Assembly: GCA_964276015.1 (NCBI GenBank) | Contig: CAXYDO010000014.1 | Span: 27,199-91,198 of the forward strand | Origin: an uncultured Alphaproteobacteria bacterium | GTDB taxonomy: Bacteria; Pseudomonadota; Alphaproteobacteria; UBA6615 | Reading direction: 5' to 3' | Length of the DNA: 64,000 nt | Part shown: positions 29,513 through 40,198 of the stretch, in pieces | How the letters are laid out: every line of letters starts with the position of its first letter | Position numbering within the stretch: position 1 is the stretch's first letter | Program-made: the position numbers and the translations under genes | Notes under the pieces: generated by a model | Told to the model about the DNA's origin: nothing | The model's input: only the letters and a program-made list of their open reading frames with translations | Database searches by the model: none

Positions 29513-31468
29513 ATGTCCGACCTAGCTTCCGCCGACCAAATCACGATCACGCTGCCCGATGGCAGCACGCGCACTCATGCGCGTGGCGTGACCGGCGCGG
29601 AGGTCGCAGCCGATATCGGCCCCGGCCTGGCCAAGGCTGCGTTGGCGGTGAAGGTCGATGGGGAGATGCGCGATCTCAACCGGGCGATCGAAGCGGACGC
29701 CCAGCTCGCGATTGTCACCATCAAGGATGACGACGCCCTGGAGTTGATCCGTCACGATGCGGCCCATGTGCTGGCGGAAGCAGTTCAGGAATTATTCTCG
29801 GGTACCCAGATCACTTTCGGCCCGTCGACCGAGGATGGTTTTTATTACGACTTCCACCGGGAGGAACAATTCTCGACCGAGGACTTCGAGGCCATCGAGA
29901 AGAAGATGGAAGAAATCGTCGGGCGCGACGAAGCGATCGAACGAGAAGTCTGGATCCATGAAGAGGTGCGCGAATTTTTTACCAAGCAAGGTGAGACGTT
30001 CAAGGCCGAATGGGTGACCGAGCTTCCCGCTGACGAAGCCATTACCATGTATCGCCAGGGTGACTGGGTCGATCTGTGCCGCGGGCCTCATCTGCCTTCC
30101 ACTGGCAAATTGCCGAAGGCCTTCAAGCTGATGAAGCTGGCGGGTGCCTATTGGCGCGGTGACTCGGGCAACCCGCAGCTGCAGCGTATCTACGGCACGG
30201 CGTGGCGGAATGAGAAGGAGCTCATGGCCCATCTCACCATGATTGAGGAGGCCGAGAAGCGCGACCATCGCCGCATCGGTCGCGAGATGAACCTGTTCCA
30301 CATCCAGGAAGAGGCTGTCGGTTCTGTGTTCTGGCACGCTAATGGCTGGACCCTCTATCGGATCGCTGAGGACTATATGCGCTCGCGTCTTGATGACGCC
30401 GGCTATATCGAAGTGAAGACACCGCAGCTGGTCGATCGGGCATTGTGGGAACGTTCGGGCCATTGGGAGAAATTCCGTGAGCACATGTTCACCATCGATG
30501 CTGAGGACGACCGGGTGCTCGCCGTTAAGCCGATGAACTGTCCGTGCCATGTGCAGATCTACAGCCATTCGGGCATGACCAGCTATCGTGACCTGCCGAT
30601 CCGAATGGCCGAGTTCGGCTCGTGCCATCGCTACGAACCCTCAGGTGCGCTGCATGGCATCATGCGGGTGCGGGCCTTCACCCAGGACGACGCCCATATT
30701 TTCTGTCGCGAAGATCAAATCGTGGCCGAGACCAAGGCCTTCTGCGAGCTGCTCCAGTCGGTCTACAAGGATTTCGGATTTACCGAAGTGGCGGTCAAAT
30801 TCTCCGATCGACCCGAAGTACGGGCCGGTGATGACGCGACCTGGGACCGCGCCGAAAAGGCGCTGATGGAGGCTACACGGGAAGCCGGTCTCGACTTCAT
30901 GCTCAATCCGGGTGAGGGCGCGTTCTACGGACCGAAGCTGGAATTTGTGCTGCGCGATGCGATCGGCCGCGACTGGCAATGCGGAACCCTGCAGGTGGAT
31001 TTCGTTCTGCCCGAGCGACTCGACGCAACTTATATCGCCGAAGATGGCGAGAAAGCCCGTCCGGTGATGTTGCATCGGGCGATTTTAGGCTCGTTCGAAC
31101 GGTTCCTGGGAATTCTGATCGAAAATTATGCCGGGCGTTTCCCGCTCTGGCTGGCGCCTGTGCAGGCGGTGGTTACGACGATCACCAGCGATGCAGATGA
31201 CTACGCCCGTGAAGTTGTTGCTGCCTGCCGGGCCGCGGGTTTGCGGGTCGAAATCGATACCCGCAACGAGAAAATCAATTATAAAATTCGCGAGCACAGC
31301 CATTTGCACGTGCCGGCGATCCTGGTTGTCGGGCGCCGCGAGGCCGAAGAGGGCACGGTTGCCATGCGTCGGCTGGGGACAAAGGATCAGGAAGTACTTG
31401 CGTTGGCGGACGTGGTCGGCAAACTTAGCGCCGAAGCGCAAAGCCCGGCGGCCCAAGACGCCGCCTGA
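29513..31468 (+). CDS. thrS: threonine--tRNA ligase
   Basis: 651 aa with a TGS domain, class II aaRS motifs and an anticodon-binding domain. The sequence is highly conserved. Confidence 0.95.
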   Translation: MSDLASADQITITLPDGSTRTHARGVTGAEVAADIGPGLAKAALAVKVDGEMRDLNRAIEADAQLAIVTIKDDDALELIRHDAAHVLAEAVQELFSGTQITFGPSTEDGFYYDFHREEQFSTEDFEAIEKKMEEIVGRDEAIEREVWIHEEVREFFTKQGETFKAEWVTELPADEAITMYRQGDWVDLCRGPHLPSTGKLPKAFKLMKLAGAYWRGDSGNPQLQRIYGTAWRNEKELMAHLTMIEEAEKRDHRRIGREMNLFHIQEEAVGSVFWHANGWTLYRIAEDYMRSRLDDAGYIEVKTPQLVDRALWERSGHWEKFREHMFTIDAEDDRVLAVKPMNCPCHVQIYSHSGMTSYRDLPIRMAEFGSCHRYEPSGALHGIMRVRAFTQDDAHIFCREDQIVAETKAFCELLQSVYKDFGFTEVAVKFSDRPEVRAGDDATWDRAEKALMEATREAGLDFMLNPGEGAFYGPKLEFVLRDAIGRDWQCGTLQVDFVLPERLDATYIAEDGEKARPVMLHRAILGSFERFLGILIENYAGRFPLWLAPVQAVVTTITSDADDYAREVVAACRAAGLRVEIDTRNEKINYKIREHSHLHVPAILVVGRREAEEGTVAMRRLGTKDQEVLALADVVGKLSAEAQSPAAQDAA

Positions 31469-31556
31469 CACACAACAGGTTAAACCTAAAAGACTGTACG
31501 AATAAGTCAGAACGAACCACACAAGGAGAACGGTAATCGCTAGACGCCCAGTAGAT

Positions 31557-32075
31557 GTGAGTCCCCCGAAAAGAGAGGGGCCACGGATTAACGAGGAAAT
31601 TGAGGCAACCGAAGTTCGCCTCGTTGATGAAAATGGAGAGCAGGCTGGCGTGGTGTCCTTCGAGGATGCGATGCAGCGCGCAACCGTAGCCCAGATGGAT
31701 CTGGTCGAGGTTTCGCCCAACGCCGCTCCCCCAGTTTGCAAAATCATCGATTACGGCAAGCTCAAATATCAGGAACAGAAGAAGAAGAACGAGGCGCGCA
31801 AGAAGCAGAAGACGATCGACGTCAAGGAGATCAAGCTTCGCCCCAACATCGACACGCATGATTACGACGTGAAGATGCGCAATGCGCGCCGGTTCATCGA
31901 TGATGGTGACAAGGTCAAAGTCACCCTTCGGTTCCGCGGTCGCGAGATGGCCCATCAGGATCTGGGCGCCCAGGTGCTCGAAAGAGTCCGTGGTGAACTC
32001 GACGAGGTCGCCAAGGTCGAGCAGATGCCGAAGATGGAAGGCCGTCAAATGGTGATGGTGATGTCACCGAGATAG
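31557..32075 (+). CDS. infC: translation initiation factor IF-3; the true start is probably the non-AUG codon AUC at 31536
   Basis: Conserved IF-3 sequence (PRINEEI...[10 protein letters not shown]). The track start GTG at 31557 is 27 nt from the only SD (AAGGAG at 31523-31528). An in-frame ATC at 31536 is 7 nt from that SD. Confidence 0.9.
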   Translation: MSPPKREGPRINEEIEATEVRLVDENGEQAGVVSFEDAMQRATVAQMDLVEVSPNAAPPVCKIIDYGKLKYQEQKKKNEARKKQKTIDVKEIKLRPNIDTHDYDVKMRNARRFIDDGDKVKVTLRFRGREMAHQDLGAQVLERVRGELDEVAKVEQMPKMEGRQMVMVMSPR

Positions 32076-32102
32076 TCGGTTTCGTCTAAGGACAAAATGC
32101 AG

Positions 32103-32134
32103 AAGCCCCGCGCGGTCCCCGCCTGGGGCTTTTT
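32103..32134. terminator. rho-independent terminator between the convergent infC and methylesterase genes
   Basis: Stem AAGCCCC (32103-32109) pairs with GGGGCTT (32125-32131), followed by TTTT. The complement strand is followed by TTTTGT. Confidence 0.45.
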
Positions 32135-32176
32135 CGTGCCTGTTTTTGTCAAGCCCGGGGGTGACGAAATTTCAGA

Positions 32177-32914
32177 TTAGGTCTGCGTCCCTGCGATCTC
32201 GAGCAGAATTTTCGCCAACGCGCCCGGGGCCGAAAGTTGCGGCGCGTGGTCGGTGTCGAGGGAGTACAGATTAGCGCAGGGGGTTTCGGTGTACATGCGC
32301 TTCTGCAGCGCATTGAAGACGGACTGGTCGCGCAGGGTCTCGATATAGACGCGCGGCACGGCCCCAAATTTTTCTGCACTGAGCTGCATCTTCGAACGCC
32401 GCCCGCCTTCGGGTTGCGGGGTGAGCTGGGCGGCGGCGGCAATGGCATCGGCCGGGTCGGCGGTGTTGTAGAACACGTCGACAGCGGACTTCGGATCGAT
32501 CATCGAGGCGTAACCGTCCTCGCTATAGCTGACCCGCGCATGGGCGCCGGTCATCCAGTCCTCCCAGGCACGGCCGTAGAAATCGACGATTGATTCTCCG
32601 TCGGGAAGCAGGAAGGCACAGAGATAGACCGCGATAGCGATTTGGCCCGGGCAGAGCTCGGACACTTGGGAGGCGACCGTGCCCCCCATTGAATGGCCCA
32701 CCACAATGACGGGAGGCTCGGACGCCTCGATCAGTTCCGCGACCCGTTCGGCGTAAAGCATCGTGGTGACGTTTTCGGGGGTCGTGTCGTCGCTCCCGTC
32801 ACCAGGCAGGTCGACGGCGACGGCGGTGTGGCCAGCGGCTTCGAGAAGCGGTGCCAGCCGTTGCCAGGCCCAGGCACCCTGCCAAGCGCCGTGAATGAGG
32901 AGGAAGGTGGCCAC
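32177..32914 (-). CDS. alpha/beta hydrolase of the plant SABP2/MES methylesterase type
   Basis: N-terminus [37 protein letters not shown] and nucleophile elbow VGHSMGG parallel SABP2 ([33 protein letters not shown]...). Confidence 0.7.
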   Translation of the reverse strand: [245 protein letters not shown]

Positions 32915-32922
32915 AAACTGCC

Positions 32923-33915
32923 TCAGTCGTCCGCAGTCTCGAGCCGCGTCGAAGTGTATTTCGACACCCGGTAAGGACCCGAGAAGACCGGTGTGTATTT
33001 CGCCGGGTTGGCCGCGTCCGTGCAGGTCGGGAGGCAGGTGATTTCCGCGTCGTAATTTGGGTGATGAAAAAACACCACGGACAGGCGATCGGCGGCATCC
33101 CCGGCATCGGCCGGCGGAATGGCAACCCGATGGGGGTTGGAGATGAACCGGTCATTGGTCCAGCGCATCATCAGATCACCGATGTTGATCACGAAGGCAT
33201 TCTCGGGGGTCGAGACGTCGACCCAGCTGCCGTCACGTGTGTGCACCTGCAAGCCACCGGGGCGGTTCTCGCTGAGCAGCATGGTGAAGGTGCCGTAATC
33301 GGTGTGCGCCCCGGCGCGCCACTGGCCGGGCAGGGGCGTGGTCTCGGTCGGAGGGTAGCGAATGATGCGCAACGCCCCGATCTGGCGGTCGGTAAATTCA
33401 CGGAAAAACCCCGGTGGCAGGTCGAGGGCCAGCGCAAAGATTTCCTCGATGGTCTGGCTGAGGGTTTCAAGGCGTTTGTAGTAAGCCGTTGCGGCGTTGC
33501 GAAACGCTTTGGGTTCGCTCGGAAACACGTTCTCGATGAAGTGGCCAGCGGCTTCTGGGGCCATGTGATAGGCGTCGTCGGGGAAATCTGGCGGGCCCAT
33601 ATGGAAGACTTCCTTCAGGTCCGGGGGCGTTTCTTCGCCGGTACCAAGAGCCAGGCCTTCATCGCCGATCGCCCGGTAGCCGCGGGGCAGGGACGGGTCG
33701 GCATGGTGGATGGTGATTTTTTCATCCTTGAGTCGTGCGAAGAACGCGCGGGAATTGTGGCGCAGATTATCGATGATCTCCGGCTCGACCCCGTGTCCGA
33801 CAATGGTGAAAAAACCAACCCCCTCGCAGGCGGCACGCACCTCAGCGATGACGCGATCACGGTCGCCGTTGAGATACGGCGCGATGTCTATAACCGGGAC
33901 AGCTTGATTTACCAT
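32923..33915 (-). CDS. 2-oxoglutarate/Fe(II)-dependent dioxygenase (IPNS-like; DIOX_N plus 2OG-FeII_Oxy domains)
   Basis: N-terminus VPVIDIAPYL...VRAACEGVGFFTIVGHGV, an HxD...H triad (AHTDYGTFTML...NPHRV) and RxS. Confidence 0.75.
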   Translation of the reverse strand: MVNQAVPVIDIAPYLNGDRDRVIAEVRAACEGVGFFTIVGHGVEPEIIDNLRHNSRAFFARLKDEKITIHHADPSLPRGYRAIGDEGLALGTGEETPPDLKEVFHMGPPDFPDDAYHMAPEAAGHFIENVFPSEPKAFRNAATAYYKRLETLSQTIEEIFALALDLPPGFFREFTDRQIGALRIIRYPPTETTPLPGQWRAGAHTDYGTFTMLLSENRPGGLQVHTRDGSWVDVSTPENAFVINIGDLMMRWTNDRFISNPHRVAIPPADAGDAADRLSVVFFHHPNYDAEITCLPTCTDAANPAKYTPVFSGPYRVSKYTSTRLETADD

Positions 33916-33946
33916 GTGCGGATGTTAGCGAGTCTCGCGAGTCCCG

Positions 33947-34729
33947 TCAGGCCCGTACCGAACGGGAGTGCTGACCGCCATCGGCCATGATGATTGTGCC
34001 GGACACCCAGGACGCCCTGTCGCTGGCTAGATAGGCAGCGAGCCAGCCCATTTCTTCGGGCCGACCGGCGCGTCCGCCCGGTAGAGCCTTATGAGTTTCG
34101 CGCCAGCGTTTTTCATCGCCGAATTCCATATCCGCGTTGATCTTGGCCTGGCTGATCAGCCGATCCGTTTCGACCGGGCCGGGGTTGATGCCGACCACGC
34201 GAACCCCGTGATCATAGGATTCTGCCCCGAGGGCCCGGGTCAGCTGCATCAGGGCGGCGTTGCCCATGGAGCCGGCGATATAGGCCGCGCGCGGGCGTTC
34301 CCCGGCCATGCCGATGACGTTGACGATCACACCGGATCCGCGCTCGCACATCTTCGGATAAACCTCCCGAATCAGGCCGACAAACCCAAAGACCTTTAGG
34401 TCCCAGGCGCTCTTGATCGTGGCGTTGTCGAGCCGGGTGATATCGCCAGCCGGGATCGACCCGGCATTGTTGACCAGAATGTCGCAATCGCCTGCTGCTG
34501 CGGCCAATGTGCCGACGTCTTCCTCTTTGGAAAGGTCGAGGGCATGGACGGTGACCTGCGCTCCGAAGCGCTGGTTCAGATCGTCACGTACCTTGTTCAG
34601 GTCGGCTTCCGTGCGGGAGACAAGGTGGAGCGAACAGCCTTCCTCGGCCAAAACCTCGGCGACGGCACGGCCGATCCCCTTGCTGGCGCCCGTGACGAAT
34701 GCGGTCTTGCCGGACAGTTCCAGATCCAT
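33947..34729 (-). CDS. SDR family oxidoreductase, paralog 1
   Basis: TGASKGIGRAVA Rossmann motif, NNAG, and a YxxxK-type catalytic region (AYIAGSMGNAALMQ). About 70% identical to the adjacent SDR. Confidence 0.8.
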   Translation of the reverse strand: MDLELSGKTAFVTGASKGIGRAVAEVLAEEGCSLHLVSRTEADLNKVRDDLNQRFGAQVTVHALDLSKEEDVGTLAAAAGDCDILVNNAGSIPAGDITRLDNATIKSAWDLKVFGFVGLIREVYPKMCERGSGVIVNVIGMAGERPRAAYIAGSMGNAALMQLTRALGAESYDHGVRVVGINPGPVETDRLISQAKINADMEFGDEKRWRETHKALPGGRAGRPEEMGWLAAYLASDRASWVSGTIIMADGGQHSRSVRA

Positions 34730-34817
34730 AATTTCCCCCTCGGATGATGTTGCGTGTTTTGCGGCAGGCTAATCGCCGGACCGCGCGCAGGCAATGTCAC
34801 CAAAGGGAGTTTTAAGT

Positions 34818-35597
34818 CTATGCCGGGGGGCGTGAGTGCTGGCCGCCGTCGACCATGATGACCGTTCCTGAGACCCAGGATGCCCGCGGGCTCGCCATGA
34901 AGGCGGTCACGGCAGCCAGTTCTTCTGACAGGCCGCCACGGCCACCGGGCAGACCACCCATGGTTTCGCGCCAGCGTTCGGCATCCCCGAACTGCTTTTC
35001 CGCATTGGCCTTTGCCAGCAGCGTGAAGCGCTCGGTTTGGGTTGGCCCCGGATTGACGCCCAGTACACGAACCCCATGGTTCATGCTTTCCGCGCCGATG
35101 GTGCGGGACATCTGCATCAGGGCGGCATTGCCCATGGAGCCGGCGATATAGGCGGAACGGCCGCGCTCACCCGCCATGCCGATGACGTTAATGATCACCC
35201 CGTTGCCCCGTTCGCACATGCGCGGATAGAAATGCCGGACCAGGCCAACGGTGCCGAACACCTTGAGCTGCCAGCCTTCCTTGATGTCGTCATCGCTCAG
35301 CTTTGCCAGATCACCGCCCGGGATGGCCCCGGCATTGTTGATCAGGATATCCGCGTCACCCGCGGCGTCAGAAAGCGCCTGCACAGCTTCCGGCTTGGCC
35401 AGATCCAACGCCTGGACGGTCGCTTCGGCGCCGAAACGCTGGCTCAGATCGTCACGCACCGCGTTCAGATCGGCTTCCGTGCGGGAGACAAGATGAAGGT
35501 CACAACCTTCCTCGGCGAGCACTTCGGCGATGGCCTTGCCGATGCCCTTGCTGGCGCCGGTGATGATGGCGGTTTTTCCCTGCAGACCGAGATCCAT
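34818..35597 (-). CDS. SDR family oxidoreductase, paralog 2
   Basis: Same architecture as 33947..34729. The start was set to the ATG (MDLGLQGKTAIITGASKGIGKA). Confidence 0.8.
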   Translation of the reverse strand: MDLGLQGKTAIITGASKGIGKAIAEVLAEEGCDLHLVSRTEADLNAVRDDLSQRFGAEATVQALDLAKPEAVQALSDAAGDADILINNAGAIPGGDLAKLSDDDIKEGWQLKVFGTVGLVRHFYPRMCERGNGVIINVIGMAGERGRSAYIAGSMGNAALMQMSRTIGAESMNHGVRVLGVNPGPTQTERFTLLAKANAEKQFGDAERWRETMGGLPGGRGGLSEELAAVTAFMASPRASWVSGTVIMVDGGQHSRPPA

Positions 35598-35822
35598 GAC
35601 GTTCCCCTGATTATGTGTGTAATTGTTGTCGGGGAAGCTAGGGGCGCACTGCCGGAAAGGCAACGAAAACCGGGGGATATCCCTTGCCAGCCCCGTGTAG
35701 CGGGTCTATAACCCCGCGAATTCGAAATACCAACGGTCCGGCCGGGCGATTTGTAACGCCCAGGGCAGCCTACCCGTTGAACCATACGCGCAAGCGTTAA
35801 CCCGCAATAAGCGAGGTCCAAA

Positions 35823-36029
35823 ATGCCCAAGATGAAGACAAAGTCGTCTGCCAAGAAGCGATTCAGCTTTACGGCATCCGGCAAAATCAAAATGAAACCA
35901 GCCGGCATGCGTCACGGCTTACGCAAGCGCTCTCAGTCGATGAAGCGCAAGGCGCGTAAGATTGGCCTCATCGCGAAATCCGATGAGAAGATCCTGAAGC
36001 CGATGATGCCCTACCAGAGAAAGGGCTAG
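35823..36029 (+). CDS. rpmI: 50S ribosomal protein L35
   Basis: [14 protein letters not shown]... 68 aa. Conserved. Confidence 0.9.
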   Translation: MPKMKTKSSAKKRFSFTASGKIKMKPAGMRHGLRKRSQSMKRKARKIGLIAKSDEKILKPMMPYQRKG

Positions 36030-36033
36030 CTCC

Positions 36034-36399
36034 ATGTCACGCGCAAAAAGCACAGTTCAGCGCCACGCACGGCGTAAAAAAGTCCTGAAAGCTGCCAAGG
36101 GTTATCGGGGCCGGAATTCCAAGGTTTATCGCGTCGCGAAAGAACGCGTCGAGAAAGGCCTGCAATACGCCTATCGCGATCGGCGGGTGAAGAAGCGCAA
36201 TTTCCGCGCGCTCTGGATCCAGCGCATCAACGCGGGTGTTCGCGAGCACGGGCTGACCTATTCTCTGTTCATGCACGGAATGAAGCAGGCTGGTATCGAG
36301 CTCGACCGTAAGGTTCTCTCTGATCTCGCCATTCGCGAGCCGGAAGCCTTCAAGGAAATTGTCGACCAGGCGCAGAACGCCCTCAACGCATCCGCCTGA
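36034..36399 (+). CDS. rplT: 50S ribosomal protein L20
   Basis: 121 aa. [13 protein letters not shown]...[12 protein letters not shown] is a conserved L20 sequence. Confidence 0.9.
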   Translation: MSRAKSTVQRHARRKKVLKAAKGYRGRNSKVYRVAKERVEKGLQYAYRDRRVKKRNFRALWIQRINAGVREHGLTYSLFMHGMKQAGIELDRKVLSDLAIREPEAFKEIVDQAQNALNASA

Positions 36400-36442
36400 A
36401 ACGGGACCCAACAGGGTCTTCAGGAAGAGCTATCGGTGAATC

Positions 36443-37531
36443 ATGACCGCGCCTGACACGTCCGAGTTGCAGGAGTCTCTGCTCGCCGATGTGGCCTCGG
36501 CGCACAGCCTCGATACGCTCGAGGCTGTGCGTGTGTCAGCGCTCGGCAAGAAGGGTGCGATCACGGCTCAAATGAAGGGCCTTGGCCAGCTCGACGGGGA
36601 CGCCCGCAAGGAAGCTGGCCAGGCGCTCAACCGGGTCAAGGATGCGGTCCAGGAAGCGATCACCGCCCGTCAGGCGGCGCTCGATTCCGTCGCGCTGGAA
36701 AATCGGCTCGCCCATGAGACGGTGGATATCACCCTGCCGCCGCGCCAGCGCTACGAAGGTCATCTGCACCCGGTCAGCCAGGTCACCGAAGAGTGCATCG
36801 CGATCTTCGGTGAGATGGGCTTTACCGTCGCTGAAGGTCCGGATATCGAGGATGATTTCCATAACTTCACCGCGCTGAACATTCCGCCCGAACACCCCGC
36901 GCGGCAGATGCACGACACTTTTTATCTGAACGCCGAAGAGGGCCGTCCGGCCCCGGTGTTGCGGACCCATACGTCGCCGGTTCAGATCCGTACGATGGAA
37001 ACCTCAAAGCCGCCGATCCGGATCATCGCGCCAGGGCGCACCTATCGAAGTGATTCCGACGCGACCCACACGCCGATGTTCCATCAGATTGAAGCGCTGG
37101 TCGTCGACGAGACGACCCATATGGGCCACCTCAAGGGCTGCATTATTGATTTCTGCCGGGCGTTCTTCGATATCCCCGATTTGCCCGTGCGTTTCCGCCC
37201 GAGCCATTTCCCGTTCACCGAACCTTCCATGGAGGTCGATATCGGTTGTTCCCGTGAAGGCGGCGAATTGCGGATCGGTAATTTCGGCGAAGGTGCGGAT
37301 AACTGGCTGGAAATTATGGGTTCGGGGATGGTGCACCCTAAGGTGCTCGAATATGGCGGGATCGACCCGACCCGGTATCAGGGTTTTGCCTTCGGCATGG
37401 GGATCGACCGGATCGCGATGCTGAAATACGGCATTCCTGATCTGCGCACGTTCTTTGACGCTGACATCCGATGGCTCAAGCATTACGGCTTCGTGCCGCT
37501 GGCTGTGCCGTCGATGGTTCGCGGTTTGTAG
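36443..37531 (+). CDS. pheS: phenylalanine--tRNA ligase alpha subunit
   Basis: 362 aa with class II motifs ([22 protein letters not shown]). Confidence 0.95.
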   Translation: MTAPDTSELQESLLADVASAHSLDTLEAVRVSALGKKGAITAQMKGLGQLDGDARKEAGQALNRVKDAVQEAITARQAALDSVALENRLAHETVDITLPPRQRYEGHLHPVSQVTEECIAIFGEMGFTVAEGPDIEDDFHNFTALNIPPEHPARQMHDTFYLNAEEGRPAPVLRTHTSPVQIRTMETSKPPIRIIAPGRTYRSDSDATHTPMFHQIEALVVDETTHMGHLKGCIIDFCRAFFDIPDLPVRFRPSHFPFTEPSMEVDIGCSREGGELRIGNFGEGADNWLEIMGSGMVHPKVLEYGGIDPTRYQGFAFGMGIDRIAMLKYGIPDLRTFFDADIRWLKHYGFVPLAVPSMVRGL

Positions 37532-37540
37532 GGGGCGAGC

Positions 37541-39934
37541 ATGAAGTTCACCCTCGGTTGGCTGAAAGACCATCTCGACACCGAAGCCTCGGTGGGCGAG
37601 ATCGTTGAAACCCTGATTCAAATTGGTCTGGAGGTCGACTCGGTCGACGACCCGGCCGCCGAATTGTCGGCATTCCGGGTCGCCCATGTGATCGCCGCTG
37701 AGCCCCATCCTGACGCCGACCGCTTGCAGGTCTGCACTGTCGACACCGGCGAGGGCACCGTCCAGGTCGTATGTGGGGCTCCCAATGCGCGCGCCGGCAT
37801 GAATGGCGTGTTCGCTCCGGTAGGCACCTGGGTGCCGGGCATCGAGGTTGAGCTAAAAGCAGCAAAAATCCGCGGCGTTGAATCCAGCGGCATGCTCGTT
37901 TCCGAACACGAAATGGGCCTGTCCGACGAACATGATGGCATTATCGAGCTGCCCGAAGATGCGCCGCTCGGGGTACCGTTCGCCGAAATTCTCGGCATCG
38001 ATGACCCGGTCATCGATATTGAACTAACCCCGAACCGGCCTGATTGTACCGGCGTGCGCGGCATTGCCCGCGACCTGGCAGCGGCTGGTCTGGGACAGTT
38101 TAAACCGTTTGAGGCAGCCCCGGTCGGGGGCGGCTATGCCAGCCCGGTGAACTGGGCGATCGCCGGGGACGGCAATGCTTGTTCTTACGTGGTGGGACGT
38201 CATTTCCGCGGCGTGACCAACGGCCCGTCGCCGAAATGGCTGCAGGACCGCCTGCGCGCGGTTGGGCTGCGGCCGATCTCTGCGCTGGTCGATGTGACCA
38301 ATTATGTCTCGCTTGATCTGGGGCGCCCGCTCCATGTTTTCGATACGGCCAAGCTGAAGAACGACACCCTAACCATGCGTCGCGCGAAAGACGGCGAGGA
38401 TTTCATGGCGCTGGTCGAGCGGGCGTGTACCCTCGACAGTGAAATGACGGTGATCGGTGACGGCGATACGGTCGAAGCTCTGGCCGGTGTCATGGGTGGT
38501 CTCGAATCCAGCTGCACCGAGGAAACAACTGACGTGTTCCTCGAAGTCGCACTGTTCGATCCGGTCTCGGTGGCCACCACCGGGCGCAAGCTGCAAATGG
38601 AATCGGACGCCCGTTATCGTTTCGAACGCGGCGTCGATCCGGAATCTGCTGAATGGGGCGCCGAAGTTGCCGCCCGTCTGATCATCGAGTTCTGCGGCGG
38701 CGAGACCAGCGAACCGGTGCGCGCCGGCGAGATGCCCAATTGGCAGCGCAGCGTCGAGTTGCGCGCCGACCGGGTCGCGACCCTGGGTGGGGTTGAAGTT
38801 CCCCATGCGCGCCAGGCCAAGATTCTCGAAGGTCTCGGGTTTGGGGTTTCGCCAAGTGATGCCGGCGTGTCCGCCGACGTGCCATCCTGGCGGCCTGATA
38901 TTGGTGGCGAAGCTGACCTGGTGGAAGAAATTACCCGCATTCACGGCTTTGACCGGATTGCACCGGTATCCCTGGATCGGGATTCTGCGCTTCCCGCTGT
39001 GGCGATCACTCCGGAACAACGGCGTGCGGGCAATGTCCGTCGCGCCCTGGCCGCCGAGGGTCTCGACGAGGCGGTCACCTGGTCCTTCATGGGGCGGGCC
39101 CAGGCCGAGCTGTTCGGTGAGGTCCCCGAAACCATGATGCTGGCTAACCCGATTTCAAGCGAGCTCGACGCCATGCGGCCCTCGATCCTGGGCAATCTTC
39201 TGCTCGCGGCCGGTCGTAACGCCGATCGTGGTTTTGGCGACCTCGGTCTGTTCGAACTCGGACCAGCCTATCGCGACACCAGCCTCGACGGACAGCAGCT
39301 CGTGGCAGCCGGCGTGCGCCGGGGAAATGTGGATCTGGCCCATTGGTCGGGCCAGGCACGCAGTGCCGATGCGCTTGATGCAAAATCAGACGCGCTCGCT
39401 GCGATCGAAGCCGCCGGTGCGCCGGCGGGGAATGTTCAGGTCAGCCGCGACGCGCCAGACTGGTATCACCCGGGTCGCTCGGGGGCGCTGCGCCTCGGCA
39501 AGAACGTGCTCGGCTATTTCGGCGAAATCCATCCCGCCGTGTTGCGCGGTCACGATGTGCGCGGCCAGGCGGTGGGCTTTGAGGTCTTCCTCGATAATTT
39601 GCCGCCACGCAAGAATAAGGGCTCGGCCCGTCCGGCGCTGCATCTGGAAAGCCTACAGCCGGTGCGCCGTGACTTTGCGTTCCTGGTGAACACGGATGTT
39701 CAGGCCGGTGATTTGCTGCGCGCCGCCCGCGGAGCCGAACGAGAAGCCATCACGGATGTCACGTTGTTTGATGTCTATGAAGGCAATAATGTTGAAGACG
39801 GCAAGAAGTCCCTGGCCATCCAGGTGACCCTGCAGCCGACCGAAGCCACATTCACCGATGCCGAGATCGAGGATATCTCTGCAAAGATCGTCGCAGCTGT
39901 CGAAAAAGTGACCGGCGGGACACTTCGGGGTTAA
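37541..39934 (+). CDS. pheT: phenylalanine--tRNA ligase beta subunit
   Basis: 797 aa with tRNA-binding, B3/B4, B5 and FDX-ACB domains. It immediately follows pheS. Confidence 0.95.
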   Translation: MKFTLGWLKDHLDTEASVGEIVETLIQIGLEVDSVDDPAAELSAFRVAHVIAAEPHPDADRLQVCTVDTGEGTVQVVCGAPNARAGMNGVFAPVGTWVPGIEVELKAAKIRGVESSGMLVSEHEMGLSDEHDGIIELPEDAPLGVPFAEILGIDDPVIDIELTPNRPDCTGVRGIARDLAAAGLGQFKPFEAAPVGGGYASPVNWAIAGDGNACSYVVGRHFRGVTNGPSPKWLQDRLRAVGLRPISALVDVTNYVSLDLGRPLHVFDTAKLKNDTLTMRRAKDGEDFMALVERACTLDSEMTVIGDGDTVEALAGVMGGLESSCTEETTDVFLEVALFDPVSVATTGRKLQMESDARYRFERGVDPESAEWGAEVAARLIIEFCGGETSEPVRAGEMPNWQRSVELRADRVATLGGVEVPHARQAKILEGLGFGVSPSDAGVSADVPSWRPDIGGEADLVEEITRIHGFDRIAPVSLDRDSALPAVAITPEQRRAGNVRRALAAEGLDEAVTWSFMGRAQAELFGEVPETMMLANPISSELDAMRPSILGNLLLAAGRNADRGFGDLGLFELGPAYRDTSLDGQQLVAAGVRRGNVDLAHWSGQARSADALDAKSDALAAIEAAGAPAGNVQVSRDAPDWYHPGRSGALRLGKNVLGYFGEIHPAVLRGHDVRGQAVGFEVFLDNLPPRKNKGSARPALHLESLQPVRRDFAFLVNTDVQAGDLLRAARGAEREAITDVTLFDVYEGNNVEDGKKSLAIQVTLQPTEATFTDAEIEDISAKIVAAVEKVTGGTLRG

Positions 39935-40198
39935 TGTCGGAGTTGATGTTGCCCACTATACGTTGTGGACAACGTGGTGACCGGGAGGATGGATCGTGCG
40001 CGGTCTTGTTACAGTCGGATCGAAAACGACTAAACAGTTGAATTATAAAACTAAAACAAGATTATGCGTGTGTCATAATTCGGGAGTAAGATGCTTTTCA
40101 GAAACCTCGATAATCCGAATATGACAGTTATCCCCATATCTCACAGACTGTATGTCAGTGGCTATGTCCCCCAACGTTCGAGCTTTGTTCCCCTCTAG

